Source: Rhina ancylostomus (taxonomy: Eukaryota). Taken from it: DNA of 64,000 bases. The stretch is taken from contig JARFYF010000064.1 in NCBI GenBank assembly GCA_030265395.1, forward strand, positions 18,477,262 to 18,541,261. Reading direction: 5' to 3'. The notes beneath the pieces were generated by a model. The model was not told where the DNA came from. It searched no databases and saw only the letters and a program-made list of their open reading frames with translations. Below, piece by piece: positions 24,890 to 37,670 of this stretch. How positions within the stretch are numbered: position 1 is the first letter of the stretch; the number at the start of each line of letters is the position of its first letter. The position numbers and the translations under genes are program-made.

Positions 24890-25322
24890 CTACTTCAAAC
24901 AGGACAAAGACAAATCTTAAGCAATTGAAGGATGCTTTCTGACCTAATGAACAATGCTGAAATCAGGACTTTCGTATCAAGGACAGAAAGCTATATTTTG
25001 ATTTTGATGTTTTCATTGTTGCAAATGTTCAGAAAGAAACTGTATAATAAATTTAACATGCTCAGAACATAATGATTAATATTTCTCTTTCCAGCCAATT
25101 ATGTCAAATCAAACTGAAATACACAAATGATTATTTCATTTAACGTTGTTACATGCAATGGCCTGGTAACAGTTCTCTAGACATAGGCGATATTTGGTGC
25201 TGCAAGTAGATTATGCAAACATTTTATTCATCTGTATTTTTATAAATTACTGAAGACCACTAGATGGCTCAGCAGGAGAAAGGAATGTGGACCGCTAACC
25301 AAGTCTGTTGGTTGATTAGTAC

Positions 25323-25476
25323 CTATGTTGTGGATGTGGATAGCACATTTGACTCGCCATAGAGGGATAGTTGGCACTGTGGACCATGCGGCTGCGAACA
25401 GTGAAGAAAGGAACATTTGGATTTCGCAGAACTGCTGTCACTGCTGGACAAGGCACAAAGCTTCTCTGTGCACTGC
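25323..25476 (-). CDS. DLG5: DLG5 exon (GSAQRSFVPCPAVTAVLRNP...YPHPQH)
   Basis: atgcag|GC acceptor, AG|gtact donor; 154 nt, phase 1-2. Confidence 0.9.
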
Positions 25477-26870
25477 CTGCATTTAAAAGATAGAAAATAA
25501 ATTTAAATGGTCTCATCAGCTAAACACCTTCATTCATATGTCCTTCAATTAAATGTATCTGAGGAAGGGAGTGAGGCTCAGAAAAAACACCAGCTTCTTC
25601 ATCTGCTATTTGTTCAATATGACTCCTGTATAGAGGGCACTAAAAATACTAAAGCAAAATCCTGTCAACCAAAGCAGAAAATGCTAGTAATATTCAGGGA
25701 AAGCATCATTTGTGGAGAGAGAAACAAGAGTCACAGTTTCAGGTCGATGACTTTCTAATTGTTTCTCTCTCCATAGTTGTTACCTGATGAGTATTTCTAT
25801 ACTGTTTTAATTGAGTGGAAAATGCAGAGTTAACCACCTGCCAATGGAAACAATTACTCATTAAAATCCTTCTTAATTTTGAATTTTTCTGTCCCATATC
25901 AATTTCTCTGCTCCAAGGAGAGCAATTACAGCTATTCTAGCCTCTAAATCAGATGTTCTTTTTCTTCAGCTGCATTCTGGTACATCTTCCAGAATTTCCT
26001 TGCATAAATGCCACTAAGTTTGTGATTCTCCCTTAGAAGAGACGTCTCAAACTTGCTGGCACGTTTACTAGCTTATTCGTGACCGCGTACTGATGTTGTG
26101 CTGCCCATGGACACCTGCGGTAGAGCACAAAGTTGCAGCAATTCCTCGGCACTTTTGCAAGGAACCTATCAGATAACTTACTCCACATTCAATCAGGGCA
26201 TTTCCATTCACTTGAGTGGAGAGGAACTGCTATAAAGGACCAAGTAGGTTTATTTAATTTTTAAAATTATTTTTTAAAGCAATACGATTGCTTTGTTTTA
26301 ATTTAAACAAGTCTAATTTGTTTTTTAATTGCTTAAATTAAGAGTTTTATTTTCAATGTTTGAACACTCAGAAGCTGTTGTTTTAAGCCAAAGGATAGGA
26401 CCTAGCCAATTGTCAATGAATCTTACTTGACATCTTTGCAGGCAGTGCTAGTTCCTACAGCCACCTTCCTCCCAACCACATGATGGGATTTATTTCTGGA
26501 AGGCCCTGTCAAAACACATGGCTTCATAATGGAGGACAGAATGGATGCCCGGCTTTGAGCAGCAAGCAATCCTCAGGAAATCGGCACTGGGATCGTACCA
26601 ATTATTCCACAGGTCAGAGGCGAATACGGAAGCTCACAGAGACTGCAAAATCTCAGTCAATACTTCAGCTGAGACCTAACCAATGACTCACACAGCTTCT
26701 TTGTTTTGTACTCTGCTTCAGTCCAAGAAGTGAGACTATATTTTTCTAATAATGCTTCAAGAAAGAAATGGATCAAATCAATGCTTCAAAATGCTAAAAG
26801 GAAATCATCACAAGTATGTTTCTTAATAAAGCACCAAGTATTTGAACACTTAGTTTTTTCTTGAACTAAC

Positions 26871-27051
26871 CTGATGTTGGACAATTATACGTTGTTGATG
26901 CATAGCCACCACTTTGCCTCTGTGAGCGTTTTGGTGTGTAGCGGTGCCATTCCTGTAGCTCCAAAGATAAACGTTCTTCACTTGTATTGTATCTGGGAAC
27001 TGGGGAGCAAGATGCATGACTCTCATAGTGCGAATGAGGGTCAACGTTTTC
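26871..27051 (-). CDS. DLG5: DLG5 exon (ENVDPHSHY...LSLELQEWHRYTPKRSQRQSGG...CPTS)
   Basis: tcacag|GAA acceptor, G|gttag donor; 181 nt, phase 0-1; LSxELQEW motif matches recalled DLG5. Confidence 0.88.
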
Positions 27052-27489
27052 CTGTGAATATAAACAATGTCCTCAATCATCAGTTGTCAACAGTCACTCA
27101 TGAAAAGATAAAAGCAATTCCAGATTCTTTTCTGAACTTGCCTTCCCATACCCTTTAAGTGACTTGTAATCACTTTTTCTGTATTGCACTTAGTATTTCA
27201 GAGTGCCACATCACTTATCTTGCTAAAAAAGGAACCCACTTGTGTACAACCACGCAAGAAGAGTTGACATTAATTGTGTTTAAAATTGCCTTCTATTTTC
27301 CTCCACCCCAAGTTCCTTAAATTTCCCAAAACAGCAACGATTGGTATAATTGAAATCAATTGCATCTATCCACATCATTTCCATTATATCTTCCCAATAT
27401 CCTTTTCAGTTCTCAGTTTTAAAATGCAATATTTTACAGAGAATTGCCAACCTTTCTTTTATAATGCAACTTCTGCAATAAACCATACC

Positions 27490-27977
27490 TGTCAAGGTTC
27501 TGAGTTCTGGCCCTCAATTTGGCTCCTTTAATGCCTTGTTGTCCAGCACATGCAGTCAATGCTGGACTGATTACATAACGACACACACCTGAGCCCCATC
27601 AGGGGCCTAGCATAAGTGCCTGGGTTTCTCTAGCACTAGTTGCCAGAGTATTGGTCNNNNNNNNNNNNNNNNNNNNNNNNNNNNNNNNNNNNNNNNNNNN
27701 NNNNNNNNNNNNNNNNNNNNNNNNNNNNNNNNNNNNNNNNNNNNNNNNNNNNNNNNGCTCCTAGTGCTTAGAGTGGTCTACTCCAGAGCAGTCCTGTGTT
27801 CTCTATTTCTTTCTGCAGATCCAGTTTGTGTTGGGATTCCTCTTCAGATCTCTGAGGCAAGATTCCTTCCTGTTGCTGCCTGTGTTTTGTCCAGAGGAAG
27901 TATCCTGACTCCAGGCTTGTATCGGTGTGCTGCATTTGGGTTCTCTATAAGCTTGCTGTTTGATCAACATCGTGACA
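27490..27977. mobile_element. LTR element (solo LTR or gap-collapsed), copy 1
   Basis: TGTCA..TGACA termini; 5-bp TSD atacc; high similarity to 59252-59499. Confidence 0.85.
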
Positions 27978-28696
27978 ATACCAGCTGCAGCAGAACTTGT
28001 AAGCCTTCCTTCTGGTAATACTGACCCCATAAATGGGATGCACAACAACAGAACTCATCCATAACCCTTCTGATTACATTTTGATCTCAACCACTTTCCT
28101 TAAATCTACTTAATATTGCAGTTATTCATAAAATTTTGTTCTACAATATGCATCTGCCCAAACTTAAAGTATTTGCTATCGTTATGTTTCAGACCTGTTT
28201 CAATGGTCTCCCAACATCATCCCTTCTAAAAAATCAGAGGTAAGGTAGGGAAATGGGATATTGGAATATTATGTGAAGGCAGAATTAAGGTAGTGGATCA
28301 GTTCTGACCTCATGAATGGAAGAAAATGATTAAATGGATCGATTTGCCTACTCATCATCCTCTTACTTTACGAGTACCCAATTGAAAAGTTGACTTGCTA
28401 TTCCTTCTCCAGTTTGATCCCATTTTAAATAATCTTTAGGCACTGACACCATACATTTATATAATTATCTTACCCAATGACCACAAAGTAAATGCTTTGC
28501 TCAACTACTCCAACTAAGAATATTTTGCCTAAAGATATTTCATGAGATCTTGAAAATTTGTCAGAAATATGGTTTAAGAACTACTACATTATCAAATCAT
28601 CACTAGATTATGTGAAGCCAGATATTTATCTCAGTACACAGGCAAACTGCTGTTTCCTGCGAGATGTGATTGGTAATCCAGTAGGTCACTATGGTT

Positions 28697-29370
28697 AGAG
28701 TCATAGAATCAGAGTTATACAGTACGGAAAACATGCCCTTCGGCCCAACTCATCCATGCTGACCAAGTTGCTACCTGAACTAGTCACATTTGCCTGCGTT
28801 TGGGCTCATATTCCATCTAAACCCTTCCTATCCATGTATCTGTCCAACTGTCTTTTAAATATTGTAACTGTACCTATAACTACCACTTCCCTTGGTAACT
28901 CGTTCCATATTTGCACCACCCTGTGTGGTGGTTGGTCAACGTCTGTTCACAGGTTCTACCTCCTCAACTTGCTGATTACCTTCTTCTTCAGGGGAAATCC
29001 TTGAAGGTATTAAATCACTCCCTTCTAAGAATGGTGTTGGCTGATAATGGCCAGTGTTTCTATCATGAACTTCTTGCGTGGTGTCCTGCTTTACTCCAAG
29101 GGCAACAGGTGATTGAGGCCTGGCAGGACTTGATGGAGGTGACCCACTGGTTGCTGCAGTATTTGAAGCAGAGCTAGCTTGCTGTTTATGTTTAAATTTA
29201 AATGAATCACTCCCCTTAGGAGGCATGGGAGGCATTGAGCCAGATTCACCGCCCACCACCCTCAGGTCTCCTTTAAGTCTTTCCCCTCTCACCTTAAACC
29301 TATGCCTTTTAGTTTTAGACTCCCCTACCCTGGGAAAAAGACTGTGACCATTTACCTCATTTATTCCCCT
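28697..29370 (-). mobile_element. CR1 LINE 3' end interrupted by the DLG5 exon copy
   Basis: ORF2 C-terminus RGINEVNGHSLFPRVGESKTKRHRFKVRGERLKGDLR, plus typical 3'UTR (ttgggccgaagggc..ctgtactgtataactct). Confidence 0.9.
28932..29249 (-). pseudogene. Intronic partial duplicate of DLG5 exon segment 31499-31816
   Basis: Ungapped 318-bp match, 14 mismatches by hand count; no splice sites copied; CGA>TGA stop. Confidence 0.95.
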
Positions 29371-29539
29371 CCAGTTTGCCCATTCAATCACGTCCAAAGA
29401 ATCCTTCTGGGGAAATTTCAAGCACAATGTTTCACTTTGGGCTGATTAAAGGTTTCACGCAATGGCTTGCATGGTCAGCTAAACGTGGGCAGAGCAGCAT
29501 AGTGGTAAAGTTGCTGTATTATTACTTGTGATGCCAATA

Positions 29540-29886
29540 TTTTCTCTTCTCCCTCCTCCCGGCAGGCACAAGATACAAACGCCTGAAAGCATGTACCACC
29601 AGCCTCAAGAACAGCTTCTAACTTGCTGTTATAAGACTATTGAACGGTCCCCTAGTACGATAAGATGGACTCTTGACCTTACAATCTACCTCGTTATGAC
29701 CTTGCACCTTAATGTCTGCCTGCACTGCACTTTCTCTGTAACTGCAACACTTTATGCATTCTGTTATTATTTCCTTTGTACTACCTCAATGCACTGTTGT
29801 AATGAAATGATCTGCACAGACAGCATGCAACACAAGTTTTTCACTGTACCTCAGTACATGTAACAATAATAAACCAATTTACCAAT
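29540..29886 (+). mobile_element. Rex1/Babar-like LINE 3' end, inserted in an older SINE (about 29490-30120)
   Basis: Frameshifted LLP.GR..RLKACTTSLKNSF.LAVIRLLN; tail aataaaccaatttaccaat; same family at 34370-34570 and 52360-52680. Confidence 0.7.
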
Positions 29887-31433
29887 ACTAGTTATCTGGA
29901 TATTATAGTTACAATCCTAATAATTACAGACTGATGAGTATGAACCTCTCATATTGTTGCAAAAACCCATCTGATTTACTTTCTAGGTCTACTTGCATGT
30001 AACTACAAACCATTGCAATGTGGTTGATCCTTAACTCTTTATGAAATGGCCTAGCAAACCATTCAGTATAGGGAAAACTATGGGGGCACTATAAGAGTTG
30101 GCTAAGACTGTGAACCTGCACGTTCTGTGACCAAGTGAACAAAATAAAATGAACATGCTGGAACTCATTAGCTTGATTCAATCCTTAATAATGGTCACGA
30201 GGACCAAACATAAAATGTACCTGCTGAGCTGGATCTAAGCAAATCATCAGCACCTTAATGAAAGAATGTAAAATTTCTAACTATTTTGCATCATGGTCAA
30301 TAAATGGGTATGTATGTAGGTGTTCTCATCTTAAATCTGCTAAAATTCAAAACTGTCTAGGTAATAAAACATTTTAATGATTATAAAAATGCACATTTCT
30401 ATCCCCTCAAAGTCCCACCTATGCTGGCTATCTTAGTTCTAACCAATGGTATGCTCATGCTTCATTTTACACTGTTAATGATCCTCTCAATAATTTCAGA
30501 AGTTTGAAAAGCAACACAAAACTCAGCATCCTCAGAGATTCCCACATTTATATTTTTCAAAGTAAGCAAATGACTTACTTATGTCAATGTCACTCGGGCA
30601 TTCAGTCTGTTCACACACTTCAACCTGGTAGAATCTACAGTACAATCATTAACAGATCTGTGCAGGAATTAACAAGCCACAAACCCGCAATGAGGAAGTC
30701 TAGTTGCTTTTCTACTGATCATAAGTTTTCAATCCAAATAATGTTATGTTTTTACATCTACCAATTGGTTGGGTAAACAATATCCTTGTTAATTCTCACC
30801 TCGTGACATTAGAATAAATCAAATCAACTAGTCCAATTTGAAGGACAAAGGGGAATTATCAAAATACCATTTATTGTTTGCTTATTTTTTCACCCACATG
30901 AAGCTCTCCAGCCTTCTGTACATTCTCATAAGGCAACTGACAATGGTCTTATCAGAGGTACACTGGACATGGTCTCGACAGGGAGGATTGATATCAACCA
31001 ATCAGACTTGAAGGTAGAATCACTATATTTTAATTGTAGAGGAGTCTAATTCAACAAATAGATGGACCTTACCATTAACTCAGCTGATGAATGTTAACTA
31101 TCTACATAAGACGTGAAAAGTCTGATGTCCAATGACTGTCCTCTGTACATTTTTTTTCTGAAAAGTTTGTCAGTCACTCTAGTTGCTTTTTCCTGGATCT
31201 TGATAATCAGGCTTCTCTCAAAAGTCAAGGGTTCAACACTTACAAGCAGCAGCAAATATACAGAAATGCTACTTCCTTTTCCAATTGTTCCTCTCACCAC
31301 CAAAATTTAGTTTGTAATTGACTTAAGTGACAATCAACTCATTCAAATCTGTAACTGTTTCCATGTTTATAAGGTCAACACTATCGTAATGATTTTAAAA
31401 CAATCATTGAAATTCATGTAATTAACAAATTAC

Positions 31434-32441
31434 CTGAGGGGACAGTCCAGAAATATTCAAAGGGGCAAGTTTGCTTGGCCTTAAAGCAGGAGCAGATTTT
31501 GGTCGACGTCTGTTCACAGGTTCTACCTCCTCAACTCGCTGATTACCTTCTTCTTCAAGGGAAATCCTTGAAAGTATTAAAGCACTCCCTTCTAAGAATG
31601 GTGTTGGCTGATAATGGCCAGCATTTCTACCATGAACTTCTTGCGTGGTGTCCTGCTTTACTCCAAGGGCAACAGGTGATTGAGGCCCGGCAGGACTTGA
31701 TGGAGGTGACCCACTGGTTGCTGCAGTATCTGAAGCAGAGCTAGTTTGCTGTTTATGTTTAAATTTAAATGAATCACTCCTCTTAGGAGGCGTGGGAGGC
31801 GTTGAGCCAGATTCACTCTTTGAGGACTGCGAAGAATGTGTCTGCTTTTGTGTTGGGGACAGATAATCCATTTTTGGAGGAGTCTGTGGCCTTTTGAAAT
31901 TATCTGGATCAAAGACAGGCTTCCTCTGTTTTGGCATTTTGAATATGGAGAGTTTCCCAGGTTCAGGTGAAACGTCCACCATTGTTTTTGGCCAGGTGCC
32001 ACCGTTATGTTTAGGACTGTGCCCCTTTTCAGCATCAGTATCTACCACCACACAATCTGCAACTGCTGGGTCAAAGGTGAAACACCTTTTCTCGTGCTCT
32101 GCAATCCCATAGATCTCCGAGCTGAGAGGACCAACTTTAAGTTCTGAATAGTTGCAGCAAGTGTGTTCAGCTGTCCTGTATGTATTAGGCTGCAAAGAAC
32201 GGCTGGAAAATTGTTTGCGTTCACAATAAGAGCCATCTTTGTGATCTCTGTCACTCTTGTCGTCAAGTATGTTCGAATCTGTAATGAAAATGTCCGTCTG
32301 CGTTGAGCTATTGTGTTTCAAGTTTCGAGTGTTGGGAACCTGTACCTCCGACTCCTGAACCCTACAGTTACCAGATTTCTCAGACTCCTTTAGTGTTTCA
32401 AGTATATTCTGCCCACTCCAAGATGAACTCTGAGGAACCAC
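31434..32441 (-). CDS. DLG5: DLG5 large exon, Pro/Ser-rich linker (VVPQSSSWSGQN...GGTWPK...RRRPKSAP...LSPQ)
   Basis: ttaaag|GTG acceptor, CAG|gtaat donor; 1008 nt open, phase 0-0. Confidence 0.96.
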
Positions 32442-33739
32442 CTTTAAAAGAGGGACAGAATATTAGTACTTAATTTTAATAATGCACAATGTTCACAACC
32501 AAGACCCATTTTTAATATCATATGTAACAATATTATTTTTGAAGTTGAGGTTGTACATGCAATAAAACTAAAAATTATGTTTAACAAAATATTTCTGTAT
32601 TTCAGCAAAGATAAACCTATCTTCAGAAAATCTATAGTATATCTTGCTATGAAACTAAGTTCTCCAAAATTTAAACAACATATTTGTACATGTAAATATT
32701 GTTCAGTCAGGGTGGAATTATCTATCTTTTCCGAATTTTTGGTATGAACTCCAATTGCAGCTCCCCTGCTGCCACCCTCAGCACTCCCAAAAAACCCACA
32801 ACCACTGATGGTCAGCATATTGGTGTTTACGTAATTTTGCCTGCTATAACTGGTGCAGAACATTCTATGATAAGGTAAAGGATTATATACAAGCTGGAAA
32901 AGTTGTATGAGCAGTACTCTTCTTTATTCATTCCTATGCAAGGACGAAGACATTAAATGCAAGAAAAAGAATTGTTCTGAAGGAATAGATATTTCGAATA
33001 CTACGAATTCCACTCTTCATTTGATATCTATTATTGATTTGCAGTATCTCCCCAAGGAAGTTTGAAAGCTTTGCTTGCCATGGGATTTTAAAACTGTAAT
33101 CACAGAGCATTAAGGTAATCGCACTTTAAAAGGCTCCACCTGAAGAACTAAATAGCTGGGACTGCCCAAAATAGCCATTGCACCAAATACACAGTAAATG
33201 GTACTTTTGCCATTCACTTGCAGCAATTCAAAAGGATCATGGTTTACTCTGTGTAAACAACTGCATGCCATAGCATAGGCAGAAAAAGTCACGGGGGAGT
33301 AACTCAATGAAGCTGCAATGCTTTCACTTCCAATGTGAACTGACAGAATTACAATGCTTCTTGCAATATTGTTTTTTGATGAAAAATTCAACAATGAACA
33401 TTATTAAACTTTTATGTAATATTTCTGTGCTTATGGATTGGTAAAAACACATCAACTACCATGAACAGTATGTTGTCATCGCCAACCCATTGACTGGAAC
33501 TTAGGAAAGAATGGGCCTTGTGTTTTATGTCCGCAAAACAGAGGTCTGCTATTAACCTGCCCCGCTGTCCAATAAGTGCCCACAATGAGAGTCTAGAAAA
33601 CACAGAATAATTTCCATACCCTGGGAGCCACCTCTCAATAAAGGTAGACAACGATGATGAAATCACTATCACCTTCAAAGTGCCAGTGTGGGCATTGGTC
33701 ATTTAAGGAAAAGGATATTTGAAGATCAAGACACAAAAC

Positions 33740-34300
33740 TCATGGTCTACCAAGCAGCAGTGATCCATGATGTCTGAAAGCATGAGATATTGACTATCTA
33801 CAGCAGGCACTTCATAAGTATTGGAGACACATCACCACTGTCTCCACAATATCCTCCAATTCCGTTGACAGGATCCCAGTCAAAATTGCTAGCATGTAGG
33901 ACCTAATTATATTCAGTCAGTTCCGAAGGGCAGGCCACATCGATAGCATATACAACCAGACTTCCAAAACACACATGCTATCCTGAATTTTGTCACAGCA
34001 AGAGAATGATACTTTAAAAGCAGGTGAACAGATGCTTTAAAAGATGAACATCCTCACCAACTCCTGAGAAACCCTGGCCCACAACAACTCAAAATAGAAG
34101 AGGAGAACTTGGGACAGCACCAACCTCCAATCCATTTGATGGGAGCATGAGACATTGACTACCAACAGCAGGTACTTCAAAAGCTTTGGAGATGCGTTCT
34201 ATAGGAGCACACAGAGGACCAACATAAACAGTATATCCCACCATCACCACCCCTACTCCATCGAACCTCCTGCCCAACACTGGCCTCGTCAACCATCTTG
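33740..34300 (+). mobile_element. Degraded RTE-clade LINE fragment
   Basis: Remnants resembling HQRCLRxIL, QLRWAGHI and RLPK. Confidence 0.5.
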
Positions 34301-34585
34301 GGACCCACAGAACTGGATGAAAGTAAATCATCCTAAATCCAAAGGGACTGATGAAAATGATATTATGTTATGCAACTTTCTTTTCAATGTATTTTGCATT
34401 TTTGTCTACCTGCACTGCACTTTCTCTGTAATTGTAACACTACATTCTGCAATCCGTTTGCCTTTTTACTACCTCGATGTACTTGTGCATGGAATGATCT
34501 GTCTCGATGGCATACAAACAAATTTTTTTTTAAACTGTTCCTTGGTACACCTGACAATGATAAACTAATTCCAAGTGAACCATAC

Positions 34586-34678
34586 CTTCATCAGTGAAAG
34601 ACTGACAGAATCCCTGCAATTTCTTAACAAAGCTTCACATTCTGTCAGTGACTTGTTTTCTAGTGCAATACCATTTAT
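34586..34678 (-). CDS. DLG5: DLG5 exon, PDZ2 C-part (INGIALENKSLTECEALLRNCRDSVSLSLMK)
   Basis: tcacag|ATA acceptor, AAG|gtatg donor; 93 nt. Confidence 0.95.
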
Positions 34679-35499
34679 CTGTGAAAGAGAAAAACCAACT
34701 TAGGTACACATAGTAAATAAATATTACGTACAAAAGACAATGTTTCCACAGTTTCCAAAATCTTAATTGTTATGCTGATAAATAATGAGAATTTTATTAT
34801 TGCATTGTATATGATGGCGACCTTATGTACATCTGCCCCATTTAGACCTTGATTTTGTTGATCTTTAGCACTTTCCTTAACGAAAATACGTTGGGTTACT
34901 TTAGCTTATTTTCATAGTTCAGTCTTCTGGTCATGATTTTCTTAAGATTTTTCCACAAATTTTACATCCTTAAGCTCTGCAATCCTGAAAAGGTTTTACG
35001 ACTAGCCCTAATTAGTGGTCAGAATTCACAATTTACAGTGCAGCCCTAACACTGAATTTGACATTGTCAATAAAATGTTTGCCTTATTAACAGCTTGCCT
35101 CACGCTGACCTAATGTTTTCAGAGCACGAGGAGTGATCATTCAGATTTCCTTTAACTACTTTCAATGCAATCGTTAATGTGACCTACATGCGTTNNNNNN
35201 NNNNNNNNNNNNNNNNNNNNNNNNNNNNNNNGGTTCTATAATTAGTAGAATTCAGAAGAATGAAACAAAATTCTGGGGGAGGTGCAATTAACAGAGCAGA
35301 TACTGAAAAGATGCCTCCTCTCACAATGGTCGGTGCAGACTCAGTAAGCTGAAGCACCTGTTTCAATGCTGTATGACTATGAAGGAACATAGAACAAGGA
35401 GGTATAGTTTCAGAAAAATGGGGTCATGAATGGATATGAGCAGGAATTTCTTCTCTCAGGAGTTGTGAACATTTTGAATTCTTCATCCTCTGAATTCTT

Positions 35500-35922
35500 G
35501 AGTTTTGAATTCTACTTTGGTTCGGCCACATTTAGAGTATTGTGTGGTTGCCACATTACAGGAAGGATGTGGAGACTGAAGGGCAACCTGGTAGAAGTAT
35601 ATAAAATCATGAGAGGCACAGATAGGGTAGATGGTCAGGGCCTTTTTCTCAGGGTGGAAGTATCAAATACAAGAGGCATAGCTTTGAAGGTGAGGGGGGG
35701 GAAAGTTTAAAGGAGATTTACAAAGCAAGTTTTTAAAAAATACAGAATGATAGGTGCCTGAAATGTGCTGCCAGGGGAGGTAATGGAAGCAGATACAGTA
35801 GTAACATTTAAGAGGCATTTAGACATGCAGGCAAATGGGATTAGTCTAGATAGACATCTTGGTCGGTATAGACGAGTTGCGCCAAAGGGCTTGTTCCCAT
35901 GCTATACAACTATGAATCTATG
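35500..35922 (+). mobile_element. CR1 LINE 3' end
   Basis: RLKGNLVEVYKIMRGTDRVDGQGLFLRVEVSNTRGIALKVRG. Confidence 0.9.
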
Positions 35923-36164
35923 GAGATATAGCAAGCTTGGTTGAGGACCCAAATGGCTTAATTCTGCCCCAATCTATTGTTCAATGTGTCAACCGGCCTC
36001 ATTCCAATTTAAGAGGTATGTCTGACGTTCATACCACCATAACAGCATTACTGAGATCAGAAATTCTGTGAAATGAAATGAACATGTCTCCTATTCCTCC
36101 CAATGACATGGCACAATGCAGTTCTGATGTGTGGTTCACAGAACTGTAAATTCAGACTACTTAC

Positions 36165-36268
36165 TGTAATGAGTCTGTCTCCCACTGTTAAGGATCCTTC
36201 TCTAGCAGCAGAGCTGCCAGGGGAAACTGTAGCTACATATACTCCTGTCTCCAAGCTGATTCCAATGT
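36165..36268 (-). CDS. DLG5: DLG5 exon, PDZ2 (DIGISLETGVYVATVSPGSSAAREGSLTVGDRLIT)
   Basis: ttgcag|AC acceptor, ACA|gtaag donor; 104 nt. Confidence 0.95.
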
Positions 36269-37229
36269 CTGCAAAGAGAAAAAAAATACTATTAGCACAG
36301 TACTGGCTAATCATCCTTCACTCAAACATCAAATTAAACTTTTACACATTAAATACTGACACATACTGTTAAGCTTCATTTATCAAGGCAGCTAATTATT
36401 TTTATATATCAAAGCTCTTAAGCTCTGCCTTTTGGAGACCATTTTGTAGATATCAGGGTGCCTCTTAGGGTTCTTAAAATGGACTTGATGTTCCCATTAA
36501 TTTCTCAGAGTTCCCTGGTTCTAGGCAAGGATCCAGGAGCACTGATTCAGAAATTACCCACCACTAAAAAGAGCCCTTCCCAAATTCCTACTTCAAATAG
36601 GAGAAAGTAGCAGCATGAAGTACAAGTGAGAATAGAAGAGCCGTCCGGGGTTCAAGAAATAGGCTACTGTGGAAAAGGTGGGCCATCTATAATTCTGGCA
36701 ATTCTCTTCCTAATCAGTGTCAAAAAAAATCATTTACAAACCTTGTTTATTGAGATCATGAATTTTATGCAGTGAGAAGTTGGGGTTACCATAAGTTGAA
36801 AAATGAGCGACTTTCCTGTCTGAGATGCAACTCATTTCCAGTATAGATTAAATATGCTTGTAGATAACTAACTAGTGGATTGAAAACCAACTCTCACTTA
36901 CAACATCCATTCTCAGTACCAAAATTCCTCTCCCGATATTAACCCTGAACATACCATTTCTCTTCTCTCACCTCCCCAACAATACTAAACCTGTCTATTC
37001 ATTATTTCCCACATCAAGAACAGGGATATTTTGCTTCACTATTAATAATGCACATGATTCAGCATAGCAGTGGGGATATATTATGCAGATGAACAAAACA
37101 TGGTGGTTTAAGGAAAAGCAACTGAGGAGGTGGTCATAAATTTTACTTGACCATTACAGATACATTTAGTGTCTAATTTGAGTCTTTTAAAGGACAAAAC
37201 TGCTTTGGACACGTGAAAAGTTAAATTAC

Positions 37230-37405
37230 CTTTGTGCCCCACAAGGCTAATATGAACTGGAGTGATCGCTCTACCTCCCAAGGATTTTCTTCTGCGAACT
37301 ACCACATTAATGACCCCTCCGCCATTCAGTACCGCTTTGATAACATGTTTTCTGTCTTTGTTGGTAAGATCTACATCATTTATCCTGAGCAAGCAATCAT
37401 TCACC
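37230..37405 (-). CDS. DLG5: DLG5 exon, PDZ1 C-part (VNDCLLRINDVDLTNKD...SLVGHK)
   Basis: tttcag|G acceptor, G|gtaat donor; 176 nt. Confidence 0.95.
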
Positions 37406-37542
37406 CTGAAACAGAAATAAAAAGAAGATATACTGGATAAAGTCATAAAAGACTGTTGTACTACTTTTCTTTGAGGAAAAAAAGATTTTCACTCAGAATT
37501 TTATTTTCTTTTTGCAGAAATGGAGGAATTAGCTGGCCATAC

Positions 37543-37670
37543 CTTAATCTTCCATCTGCAATACTTCCTTTGTCAACCTTAATAACAAATATGCCAGAGT
37601 CTCCAGGTAAATAAGGTTCTTCAGCTCCTCCTGCTACATCAAAGCCCAATGCCTTCAAATCCATGTCATC
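37543..37670 (-). CDS. DLG5: DLG5 exon, PDZ1 N-part (DDMDLKALGFDVAGG...GSIADGRLR)
   Basis: atgtag|GAT acceptor, AG|gtatg donor; 128 nt. Confidence 0.95.

Noticed and set aside
28936-29427. 163-aa ORF as an independent chimeric gene
   Set aside because: No credible start or splice context, CpG decay and a premature stop; kept only as a structural finding.
31070-31303. Strong-looking donor (atg|gtaagg) and 69-aa ORF as an extra DLG5 exon
   Set aside because: The candidate acceptors I tested gave in-frame stops before the donor.
31475-32266. Antisense and alternate-frame ORFs over the large exon (also 28911-29177, 43443-43643, 47865-48245)
   Set aside because: Shadow ORFs of DLG5 coding sequence.
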